Origin: Balanoglossus misakiensis
Taxonomy: Eukaryota > Animalia > Hemichordata
NCBI GenBank assembly: GCA_040954595.2
Contig: CM082576.2
Location: forward strand, 2,020,760 to 2,084,759
Direction: 5' to 3'
Length of the DNA: 64,000 bases
The notes under the pieces were generated by a model. The model was given only the letters and a program-made list of their open reading frames with translations. It did no database searches and was not told the origin of the DNA. Positions 1-11,570 of this stretch are shown here, piece by piece. Within the stretch, counting starts at the first letter, position 1, and the number at the start of each line of letters is the position of its first letter. Made by a program: the position numbers and the translations under genes.

Positions 1-3000
1 ATCTAAGACATTTTACAAAGATAAAAAAAAACGTGTCGATGTAAAGTTTCAATGAAAGACTTCTGTACTCACAGTAATATTTCACTTCTAAGTATTTGAA
101 TGTGTTGAAGCATGGATCGCCGAATACGTTATTGCTTGCCCTGACACTGCAGGATTTCTTGTTTTCACACGTCTCCTTGACAACGTCAATACTACCCTCA
201 GCGCCACACGCTTGGTCACTGGTCTTTGGGTGTGGACAAGTCTCGCCATTGGCAGTTCTGCCGTAGTTGGCTGATACCACGTGTATGGTGCCGTCGCTGC
301 ATTGTAAACCCATCGTTTCATGTTCGCAGACCAGTTCGGTGTTTACGATGGCGTAGACCTGGTTCGCGAAGGAACCTCCCTCGCCATCATCCCGACATGC
401 ATTTGAAGGTCCGTACCTGTAATAACGCTGCCCAGCATCTTGACTAGAGGCACACCAACCGCCATTTTGGACGGCAAAGACACCGAAGCCTCGGCTTTCT
501 GCAGCAGCTGCACATTTTGGGATTGCGTCCTCTCGCTGTTGATAACGGCCATCCAACCTAAAATCGGCGCCCTCCAAGGTCGGAATGGCCCGAGTTGGTC
601 TGTCCTGATAACATCCTATGGTTTCTGTTATCAAATAAGGTAATTCACAACGTCAAAATGGGGGGGGGGGGGTATGCACAAGAAAAGTAGAGTAAACATA
701 CTTTTATTACTCTGGTCGCGTCAAGGTTAGAAATTGAATGGAACATTAACACGGGCATTAATTTTCCCCTGAGACACTTACCTATACTTACATATACAAT
801 TGCACTTACCGTAGTCAACATCTTCTACACTAGGTTCGGTAGCAGGGGGGCGATTCTCGGTCGTAGGACTACGTTCTGTCGGGTTGGGGAGTTCTGGCGG
901 GTCACATTCTTCTACTGTCAAGATATCATTCGACAATTCTTCACAGTCTGGCAGACTGCACGCAGCTGCAATATAACAACAGAGGCTCGCACTGACATCG
1001 TTTCTCGAAAAAAAGGGTTGCCAACCAGCTGTGAGAAAAGTGATTGTCTCTCTCTACAAAAAAATGATTCTAGGTAGGCGGATGGCGAAGCTCTCCATCC
1101 CTGGTTCTCTTCAGTTGGAGAAACAATGACGTGTAACATTATCTTTTTTTGCTCGTATGATTGCAAAAGAAATCAAGTACATGTACGTAGTTGCCAATTC
1201 CGTGTTGTATTTTCCTAGATTAAGAGGGAGAGAGAGAGAGAGATCTTACCTGATTCTGCCGTGCAGGACAAAACAGTCAGTACCAACACCCAAAACGCAG
1301 ACAACCGGATCATCTTTTCTTTCAATTCAATTTCTTTTTCAGCGCCAGGAAGTATTTATCACTGTGGGGAGAGAAATAAGACAGAATGAATTGTTTGTGA
1401 TAAGTCTGTCTGTCGCTTGCATACCTGCAAACTCTACGTACATGTTTTGCAACTTAATCAGTGTAAAATAACTTCTGATTCTATTGTACTGCATATCATT
1501 CTCTCTAAGAATTGCCTTTCTCCCTTCGAGGGAAACAAATTGGATAGGCATAAATGTAAACTTAGCCAGGAGTTCTCATTACGTCAGGTTTTCAGACTCT
1601 TGTCAGGACATGGGAAATATTTTCAACGAAGGGTGTTCATGTCCGGACAATTGCTCATGTGGATACTTTTACAGTTGACTCACCAAACTTCCCGTTGGCG
1701 ACAGAACGAATAAAAATCTGATGAACAGCGCAGCAATATTATATCACAGAGTTTGTCGCGACGCGGATTCGACCGGGATTTGACCGGCAGCGCAGTTCAG
1801 TGCAAACGCAAGATGAAACTTGTAAAATCCGATTTTGAAAAAGTAACTAATAATGACAGGATGTGACTGGGCAGGAAGACCTGTCAGATTTTACGAAGAA
1901 TTGATTCAGATTTTGACCAGCAGGCCTGCTATAAATCACTGCGATTGGAGTAGGGCCTGGAGTGACCGTAAGACAACAAAAGATAAGCTAATCTTCTCAC
2001 AACCGCCCGGCTTAACTGTTGTTACATGTACATACACGCTTTATTATAAATTTATATGATCCGTTTCCAAATTCATTCGTTCATTCATTCATTCTTTCTC
2101 TCTTTCGTTTTAGGGGCATAAAGCGCGTTTAAATCCACACTGAAAGTGTGATCAGAGACATTCAGCAAAATGAGGTAACAACTGTGATAAAATAAAATTC
2201 GCTGTTAAAATACGTGTATACACATGTTTTTTTTTTAATGCCAATGGATGGGCTCATTTAAATAAACTACTGAAAAGAAATGTTTTAAGGTTAGGTTTAA
2301 AACTCTACAGGCTGGGGAGCGACGGACACCAACCAGAAGGTTATTGCATAAAACGGGAAAGTTATTATTTCATTATTTCTTTGTTCGTGAGTCGTGACGT
2401 AGTATAACAAAATTTACCTGATCATCGGACCTCGGGTTTATGAGTTGGAATGTACAAATTAATCAAGTCGGAAAGATTCCAAGGGAACGGATACATTTAT
2501 ATGTGAAGATAAGAATCTTTTAGTAGGCTGATAAGGTACATGTATGCGAACATCATATCAACTCATTAATCCCATATTCTCAGAACGTAACATAGTCTGT
2601 ACAGATGCGACAGGTGACAAGGTATTGAATAATGTATGTGTTTCTCGGAACTAAAGCCGTACTAATTGTAACTCTTTCAATCAAGCGTCTGTTATCTTAC
2701 CAAGACTAAACTTTTTATTTCACGGCTTTTCTCGAATGTTTATGCACATTTTCTTTAATATCGGACTTCACTTTGGAAGGTTCGTGATTTTAACGTGACC
2801 CTTACATAATGGAATATTTAAAATATAAATGCAAGGAGAGAGTCGATACTGACTCCGCCGGATGTTACATATAATGTGCCATGGATGTTCGATTCTAATG
2901 ATCAAGAACACTAAAAGTCAACTTCGCGATTGTCAGTTACCGTCCCGAAGATAAACTATAATTGGGAAACAGGTGTACGAAACATTTCAGCTGGAGTTCG

Positions 3001-3920
3001 ATGATATCTTCTGCAGACTGCCTACCTGTGAAAGTGGCAAATTTACTATCACACTGCACAGAAGGTGCACTTCAAGTTGTGGCAGAAATTCTTTTCTAAC
3101 GAACTTGATACTCACCACAGCCAAGTAATATTGCCAACCAGTTGCAAATGTTCCTTGAAGTCGAAGGAGGTAGCTGCCCTTTTTCTCACTGGTCGATCAT
3201 TTCATGGTGACCGCTTTTATTGAGTCGAAACGGGGAGTCTCCCTTCGTCAGGGGGGCGTGGTCTACACCAAACTCCACTTGGAGAACGACACGATACTGG
3301 TACAAAGTAATCGGGTTATTAGAACAATAAGCCGCCAACTTATCGAAACCGTTTACTGACGTCACGTGTTTGTGTTCATCGTATGTTGTCAGGGTATGTT
3401 TTGAGTGAACTTTTCATTCCCCGTGCGCTCAATGAAACTGACTAGCGTTTAATTGGCACAGCAGAAATGTTAGTAGGAAATTACCACTGTCGTCGACGTG
3501 GTTGACCCCGAGGAAATTATGATAATAAATCCTAAAGCTACCCGGCAACCTGCCAACCATATGTGTTAATCGAAAGAAAGGTGTAGCGGCCAACGCTGAT
3601 GCGTGAATCATCAAGTTTTTTGGTAGACATTCTTGAACTTCGGACATTCTTGAATTTCAAGCTTTGAAACGATAAGGTACGTTTTGCACACGTGGCAACC
3701 ACATTTGAAATACTCTGGGCAATTACTCATTCATACCGTTCGGAGCTTTCACATCCCTTTTAGGCTATTTTTATTAGTTTAGCATAGTGTAGTTGCCACA
3801 AGGGAACTTGAACATTAAATATGATTGGTGGAGTGAAAACCCATAACGTTTTTTTTCATCCGAGTTGTCAAAGCTGCATCGATCGCAATGGCCTACTAGG
3901 CTGAGTCCATTATTGAAAAG
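1..3920. repeat. Segmental tandem duplication, unit A (lectin 5' region plus upstream DNA)
   Basis: 1-760 ~ 5765-6530; 588-1505 ~ 7670-8590; ~2410-3580 ~ 8620-9628; ~3582-3825 ~ 10052-10292; ~3826-3920 ~ 10678-10770. High identity with several large indels. Confidence 0.9.
73..1313 (-). CDS. Secreted WSC-like + SUEL/rhamnose-binding lectin, copy A (5' part; gene runs off the left edge of the window)
   Basis: Exons 1313-1250 (signal peptide MIRLSAFWVLVLTVLSCTAES), 965-810 (Cys/Pro/Thr-rich linker ending EPSVEDVDY) and 624-73 (WSC-like GCYQD...GGSFANQVY, then SUEL with ANYGR, DPC, KYL). All introns are GT-AG, phase 1. Exon 624-73 is ~98% identical to 6412-5861. Confidence 0.85.
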
Positions 3921-3974
3921 CTTTATTGAGGAAATTTGAAAGTAAAACTATGATATAACACATAATTATACTCC

Positions 3975-4005
3975 ATAGCATAGCATAGTATAGCATAGCA
4001 TAGCA
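3975..4005. repeat. (TAGCA)n pentanucleotide microsatellite
   Basis: tagca tagca tagta tagca tagca tagca. Confidence 0.85.
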
Positions 4006-4510
4006 TGGCTATTTTGCTCTCTTGACGAAATTCTCATTAGTTTATAGATTAAAATAGAGTGTAATTAGTACCTACGCAACTTGTAAAATAAATTGCGTCA
4101 TCATACTAGAATTTTGATCACGGCTAAGATTTATGGAGAAAATAAAGAGTAAAATGAAAATCTACGTGATGGAAATTGTTCACAGCGAATCAAGTGGACA
4201 AAACGACAATGCAATGAGCATGCGCACGTCTTCCATATCCTTCTGCAGATGTTCACCTGTTAAAAAGAACAAAACGGCAAAACGTTACTCCCCTCGGGGA
4301 CAAATTTTCAGAAAAAATGTTGGTCCTCCAAAGCTTTCATTTCTTTGCTATATTTAAGTGTGTGCTGGGTTTGTTTGAAATCAAAGAAGAAAACATGGTG
4401 TTATCTTAGCATTTTCATAAACATCACTAACTTTAATTTTTCTCCATAAAGTCAACAGAGATTAGCAGCACCTACCTCTGAATATTCATACACTCTATAC
4501 TGTGTTCAAA

Positions 4511-7500
4511 CTACTGTGGGTCAATGGCGTCAGTTCGTTCACCTGAAATGTTGTGAAATGTCCCCAATTATTAACCATATACGTCATTTAATGAAGTTCA
4601 ACATTTAGTACAGAAAAATATGTGAAAAGTATATGAATTGTGTATTATTCCTTCCGGACCACTCATTCTTTCAGTATAAGATTGATCTTCGAATGGATGG
4701 TTTTTGGTTCGTATGTGTGAATGTACGCAGTAAGAATGTACTACTTACACGTGAACTTGACCTCCAGATACTTAAAGGTTCCCACACAGGGATCTCCGAA
4801 GACCGTGTTACTGGCAAGGATTGAGCAGTCAGTTTGACCTTCACATCTTTCCTCCACAACGTCCAAACTGGTCTCGGCTCTACATTCGGTTGTTCTGATG
4901 GCTCTGCTTGGACACGCCTCCTCTCCCGTGCGACCATAATTTGCTGTAACGACGTGGACTTTGCCGTGCCCGCAGTGCAAGGATAATTCTTCGTGCTCGC
5001 AGACAGTGGCTTCCTGCACGATGGCATACACGTGGTTGGCCCACGGACCGCCTTCACCGTCGCCACCACATCTAGCACTTGGACCATACTTGTCATAAGT
5101 GTCAAGGGCATCGCTGCTAGACGCACACCAACCACCGTTTTGGATGGCAAAGATGTTGTATCCTCGACTTGCGGCAGCATTTGCGCATTTGTTGATGGCA
5201 TCATACCGACGTGTGTATGGACCGTCAAGTCGGTGGTCATGTCCTTCTAAAGTAGGAATGGCGCGTTCCCTGGTGTCCAGGAAACAACCGATTGACACTG
5301 CCATATGTAAAAGAATTAGACGAGTGATTATTACACTTTCCTTGACTGAGCATTCAATTCATTTCGGTTTATTACAGAACAGTGTATACACACGTGTTTA
5401 ACTTCTGTGGGTTAGTTGAAGCACATGACGCATCGCATGTTTGAATCGGTGTCGGTAGCCATGCTGTACATACTGTCTAAATATTGTAATTGCAACGCAT
5501 TTGCGCACATTACAATATATATTGCATATATTGATGTTGCATAATTTGGAAGGGTGCATGTTCGCAGATGCACTTTAGAACTAGGATTGATATATAGATA
5601 TTGTAACTACATGTATATAGTTAAAAGTTGAGTGTTTTTCATGACTAACCATACGGTAACAGCGGGTCGTCTTCCATTACGTCCGCACCTGGAAGGAATA
5701 TAAAAAAATACAGGATAACTAAACGAACTTTCCTTCGCGTCGTGTTCATGGTGTTCCATTTAAATGTCTAAGACGGTATACAAAGATATAAAAAAAACGT
5801 GTGTAAAACAATACAGTTCGTTGTCGATGTATAGTTTTAATGAAAGACTTCTGTACTCACAGTAATATTTCACTTCTAAGTATTTGAATGTGTTGACGCA
5901 TGGATCGCCGAATACGTTATTGCTTGCCCTGACACTGCAGGATTTCTTGTTTTCACACGTCTCCTTGACAACGTCAATACTACCCTCAGCGCCACACGCT
6001 TGGTCACTGGTCTTTGGGTGTGGACAAGTCTCGCCATTGGCAGTTCTGCCGTAGTTGGCTGATACCACGTGTATGGTGCCGTCGCTGCATTGTAAACCCA
6101 TCGTTTCATGTTCGCAGACCAGTTCGGTGTTTACGATGGCGTAGACCTGGTTCGCCCAGGGACCTCCTTCGCCATCATCCCGACATGCATTTGAAGGTCC
6201 GTACCTGTAATAACGCTGCCCAGCATCTTGACTAGAGGCACACCAACCGCCATTTTGGACGGCAAAGACACCGAAGCCTCGGCTTTCTGCAGCTGCTGCA
6301 CATTTGGGGATTGCGTCCTCTCGCTGTTGATAACGGCCATCCAACCTAAAATCGGCGCCTTCTAAGGTCGGAATGGCCCGAGTTGGTCTGTCCTGATAAC
6401 ATCCTATGGTTTCTGTTATCAAATAAGGTAATTCACAACGTCAAAATGGGGAGAATGCACAAGAAAAGTGGAGTAAACATACTTTTATTGCTCTGGTCGC
6501 GTCAAGGTTTGAAATTGAATGGAACCTTAACACTTACCGTAGTCAACATCTTCTACACTGTAGTCCAGCGGTTCCTTGCCACCTAATAATCAAATGGAAT
6601 TTTGACATTACTAAATTTAATCTTAAATGTCTGACTATGATCATTAAATTAATTAGTTCTGTCGGTAATATCAAAAGTCCGCGTTACCTAACGTAATTAT
6701 TATGATTAAATCAGAGTTCACTAGTTTGTCATTCATTATTTGGAACAATAATTTTCGCTGCTATTCATATGGGATCATTTTCTCACTCAACTTGCATCAG
6801 AACATGAAAAGTTCAATTATTCCGATCGAAAATTTTCTGCTTGACGCAGATGACTTTTACACTTACAATAGAAAGTGACTTGCAGGTACTTGAATGTACC
6901 AAAACAGGGATCACCAAAGACTGCATTGCTGGCATTCACACTACAAGATTGTGTCCCGTCACAGTTGTCTTTCACTACATCCAGACTGTTCTCAGCACCG
7001 CACTCAGTGGTCACTATGGATGCATGTGGACACGTCTCACCGTCTGTCCTGCCGTAATTTGCTGACACCACCACAATTTGACCAGAACTACAAGACAAAG
7101 AAAGCTGTTGGTGTTCGCACACCAACTGCTTTTGCACGAAAGCGTAGACTTCGTTGGCCCAAGGACCGCCTTCTCCGTCGTCTTCGCAAGCAGATGAAGG
7201 TCCGTATTTGTCGTAAGTGACGGCAGCTTCGGCACTGGAGGCGCACCAACCGCCATGCTGTACGGCGAAGATGGAAAACTCACGACTTTGTGCGACTTCC
7301 GCACACTTCTGTATGGCGTTGCTTCGTCTTCTATAATGACCATCCAGACGATCATCTGACCCTTCGAGTGTTGGAATCGCCCTGTTGCTGGTGTCTCTAT
7401 AACATCCCACCCGGACATAGTCTGAAAATAAGAGTGTTGAAATTGACTGAGTTGTATATTCTTTGAGAAATCTCTCTCTAGTTGATTCTATTTTCTTTCT

Positions 7501-8399
7501 GTTTTGACAATGAAAACAAAATAGGCTAGATGCAAGACTATTACCTAGATGACTAGGTTCGGTAGCAGGGGGGCGATTCTCGGTCGTAGGACTACGTTCT
7601 GTCGGGTTGGGGAGTTCTGGCGGGTCACATTCTTCTACTGTCAAGATATCATTCGACAATTCTTCACAGGCCCGAGTTGGTCTGTCCTGATAACATCCTA
7701 TGGTTTCTGTTATCAAATAAGGTAATTCACAACGTCAAAATGGGGGGGGGGGGGTATGCACAAGAAAAGTAGAGTAAACATACTTTTATTACTCTGGTCG
7801 CGTCAAGGTTAGAAATTGAATGGAACATTAACACGGGCATTAATTTTCCCCTGAGACACTTACCTATACTTACATATACAATTGCACTTACCGTAGTCAA
7901 CATCTTCTACACTAGGTTCGGTAGCAGGGGGGCGATTCTCGGTCGTAGGACTACGTTCTGTCGGGTTGGGGAGTTCTGGCGGGTCACATTCTTCTACTGT
8001 CAAGATATCATTCGACAATTCTTCACAGTCTGGCAGACTGCACGCAGCTGCAATATAACAACAGAGGCTCGCACTGACATCGTTTCTCGAAAAAAAGGGT
8101 TGCCAACCAGCTGTGAGAAAAGTGATTGTCTCTCTACAAAAAAATGATTCTAGGTAGGCGGATGGCGAAGCTCTCCATCCCTGGTTCTCTTCAGTTGGAG
8201 AAACAATGACGTGTAACATTCTCTTTTTTTGCTCGTATGATTGCAAAAGAAATCTCAAGTACATGTACGTAGTTGCCAATTCCGTGTTGTATTTTCCTAG
8301 ATTAAGAAGGAGAGAGAGAGAGAGAGAGATCTTACCTGATTCTGCCGTGCAGGACAAAACTGTTAGTACCAACACCCAAAACGCAGACAACCGGATCAT
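4511..8399 (-). CDS. Secreted tandem (WSC-like + SUEL/Gal_lectin) x3 lectin, copy B, ~717 aa
   Basis: Exons 8399-8336, 8047-7892, 7706-7545, 7421-6867 (module 1), 6582-6538, 6412-5861 (module 2), 5688-5650, 5297-4749 (module 3), 4542-4511 (stop TAG). Total 2154 nt; all introns GT-AG, phase 1. Each module has GC(Y/F)xD..RAIPTLEG...C...FA(V/I)Q.GGWC...YGPS..C..DGEGGPWAN.VY followed by CEH..L.L.C....ANYGR...DPC..TFKYL. Signal peptide present, no transmembrane segment. Confidence 0.85.
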
Positions 8400-10770
8400 C
8401 TTTTCTTTCAATTCAATTTCTTTTTCAGCGCTAGGAAGTAGTTATCACTGTGAGGAGAGAAATAAGACAAAATGAAATGTTTTGTGATAAGTCTGTCTGT
8501 CGCTTGCATACCTGCAAACTCTACGTACATGTTTTGCAACTTAATCAGTGTAAAATAACTTCTGATTCTATTGTACTGCATATCATTCTGACCACACTTT
8601 CCATGTGGATTTAGACAACATTTACCAGATCAGCGGACCTCGAGTTTATGAGTTGGAACATACAAATTAATCAAGTCGGAAAGATTCTAAGGGAACGGAT
8701 ACATTTATATGTGAAGATAAGAATCTTTTAGTAGACTGATAAGTTACACGTATATGCGAACATCATATCAACTGACTAATCCCATGTTCTCCGAACTATT
8801 TGGCAAACGTGTAAACGTAACATAGTCTGTACAGATGCGACAGTTGACAAGGTATTGAATAATGTATGTGTTTCTCGGAACTATATCCGTAAGAAATACA
8901 AGGAGAGAGTCGATACTGACTCCGCCGGATGTTACATATAATGTGCCATGGATGTTCGATTCTAATGATCAAGAACACTAAAAATCAACTTCGCGATTGT
9001 CAGTTACCGTCCCGAAGATAAACTATCATTGGGAAACAGGTGTACGAAACATTTCAGCTGGAGTTCGATGATATCTTCTGCAGACTGCCTACCTGTGATA
9101 GTGACAAAATTTACTATCACACTGCACAGAAAGTGCGCTTCAAGTTGTGGCAGAAATTGTCTTCTAACGAACTTGATACTCACCACAGCCAAGTAATATT
9201 GCCAACCAAATGTTCATTCGAAGGAGGTAGCTGCCTTCTTCTCACTGGTCCGGATCATTTCATGGTGACCGCTTTTATTGAGTCGAAAGGGGGAGTCTCC
9301 CTTCGTCAGGGGGGCGTGGTCTACACCAAACTCCACTTGGAGAACGACACGATACTGGTACAAAGTAATCGGGTTATTAGAACAATAAGCCGCCAACTTA
9401 TCGAAACCGTTTACTGACGTCACGTGTTTGTGTTCATCGTATGTTGTCAGGGTATGTTTTGAGTGAACTTTTGCGGTCAATGAAACTGACTAGCGTTTAA
9501 TTGGCACAACAGAAATGTTAGCAGGAAATGACCACTGTCGTCGACGTGATTGACCCCGAGGAAATTATGATAATAAATCCTAAAGCTACCCGGCAACCTG
9601 CCAACCATATGTGTTAATTGAAAGAAAGGGCAATGGAAGTTATACTTGTATCTCAGTTATAGGCAAATTATTATTTCAGGTGCTACTCCAATAATGCAGA
9701 TTTGTTACAGGTTGAATGCACGGTGGATCTACAATGCGCAATCTAGATTGTCCAACGAGAAATACAGCCTTATTGGATTGCTATACTGGTACAGTGGTTC
9801 AATATTATTGGTATGGCTGACCACATGGAATTTCATGAGTTATAATTACTATAATTTCCGTTGTAGAGAAAGTTTTCAATCCAGTGCAAACCCAGATGTC
9901 GGACGTCAACGCAATCCCCACAGTTTGAACAGCTGAAACGGCAATACTTCAAATCTTTGTAGATTTTTAAGAGCTGAATGACGTCACTCTGAACCGTATA
10001 CTGACCGCTTACCTAAACGAATAATTCCATAGTAGTCACAGACTCCATCCGTGTAACGGCCAACGCTGATGCGTGAATCATCAAGTTTTTGGTAGACATT
10101 CTTGAACTTGACATTCTTGAATTTCAAGCATTGAAACGATAAGGTACGTTTTGCACACGTGGCAAACACATTTGAAATACTCTGGGCAATTACTCATTCA
10201 TACCGTTCGGAGCTTTCACATCCCTTTTAGGCTATTTTTATTAGTTTAGCATAGTATAGTTGCCACAAGGGAACTTGAACATTAAATATGATTCACAACA
10301 CAAACGCCGATCGGAAAATTCTCACGAAGCTTGTGTTCACTATGCCGAACAAACACCAGCTATAGGTGTACCGCCACCCCTGTATTTTAAGTCCAGAAAA
10401 AAACACCTAATAAAAGCCTGACAGTTGATATATTCCGTCATTCATTTGTGGCAACATCCGGACAACTTCTAGGAATTGGCGTTGCTGTTTTATCTGGCTT
10501 CTGTATGCCATCGTCCCTGAACCTGTCCAAAGTTCAGTCTGTGACATAGATACTCATCGGATCGAAAGACAAACGAAAATAAATTATTACCACTGGTGGT
10601 GTAGTTTTCGTTGATAAAAAGAAGGGCGTCCTCTCAAAGTTAGACGCGCCAGTTTCAAACTCCTGAACCTGGGTTCTGGTGGAGTGAAAACCCATAACGG
10701 TTTTTTTCATCCGAGTTGTCAAAGCTGCATCGATCGCAATGGCCTACTAGAATGAGTCCATTATTGAAAA
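5765..10770. repeat. Segmental tandem duplication, unit B (paralogous to 1-3920)
   Basis: Collinear matches to unit A. Unit B carries extra ~425 bp (about 9629-10051) and ~385 bp (about 10293-10677) blocks absent from A. Confidence 0.9.
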
Positions 10771-11023
10771 TGTAGACAAAAGACATATTCATAGGTGTTC
10801 TCTTTATTTTCTAACTTTTTATAATACATAAATTACGTTGATGTATAATTCTGAAGCCCGCGACCCGCAACCCACACTTTAACAGTTCCCGAAGTCTAAA
10901 TATAATGAGTGATGCTGTGGAGCAAATGAACCCTAACCCTTATACCCAACCGCTGTCAAACAAACAAATATATATATATATTTATATAAATCAAAACATA
11001 TTTTTATTATATTAATCAATAAC

Positions 11024-11044
11024 AACACACACACACACACACAC
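11024..11044. repeat. (CA)n microsatellite upstream of PTK7
   Basis: Directly visible CA run. Confidence 0.85.
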
Positions 11045-11119
11045 CCCACAAACAAGAAGAGCTCACTGATCCTGGTACACATGTATGTACTACTACCAGT
11101 AGCAGCTGCTGATCAAAAT

Positions 11120-11570
11120 TGCCTCACGTCGCCCTCTATCCCGATCACAAAGAAAATGACCCTAACTTGACCCGGATGTTAAACTTCAGTGGCCTGGACA
11201 ATTTTCCAGATAGGGGTGCCAAGAATTCAGGAACGCTGGACGTATTTTGGTAAATTGTGTTACCCTTGTATGAAAGTCGGGCTTCTTGGTCCTCGGTTCT
11301 GTCCCAAAACATAAAAGCTCGGTCAGAAAATCAACGGAAGAAGAAATCAGCCAGACCGCGACGGATTCAGAGCTTGCGGAAGGATACTAATCGCCCACTA
11401 TCTTTGTGACAAAGCTGCAAGAAAATAGTGCGTGACAATGTACATGTCTACCCGAAGTAATTTACATTGATATGTGAGGCTGAAGTTTACCTCTGTATAA
11501 TCATCTCCGTTGCGAAAATCGAACTATCTATGCAGCGGAAACACCCGAATTTGCCTGAAAATGGCCGCCA
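11120..11570 (+). promoter_or_regulatory. Putative PTK7 promoter / 5' UTR
   Basis: Locally CpG-richer. ETS-like CGGA(A/T)G sites near 11172, 11335 and 11377. YY1-like AAAATGGCCGCC overlaps the ATG at 11561. Confidence 0.45.

Noticed and set aside
4288-4470. Possible degenerate MITE fragment at the 3' end of lectin copy B
   Set aside because: No terminal inverted repeats, target-site duplication or second copy visible in this window. It needs a repeat-library search.
6817-7716. 299-aa ORF as a single-exon gene
   Set aside because: It starts at a non-ATG codon inside an intron and reads through intron 7544-7422. It is explained by two exons of lectin copy B.
9040-9417. 125-aa plus-strand ORF
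   Set aside because: No ATG start or recognisable domain, and the paralogous copy at ~2975-3360 carries indels that disrupt it.
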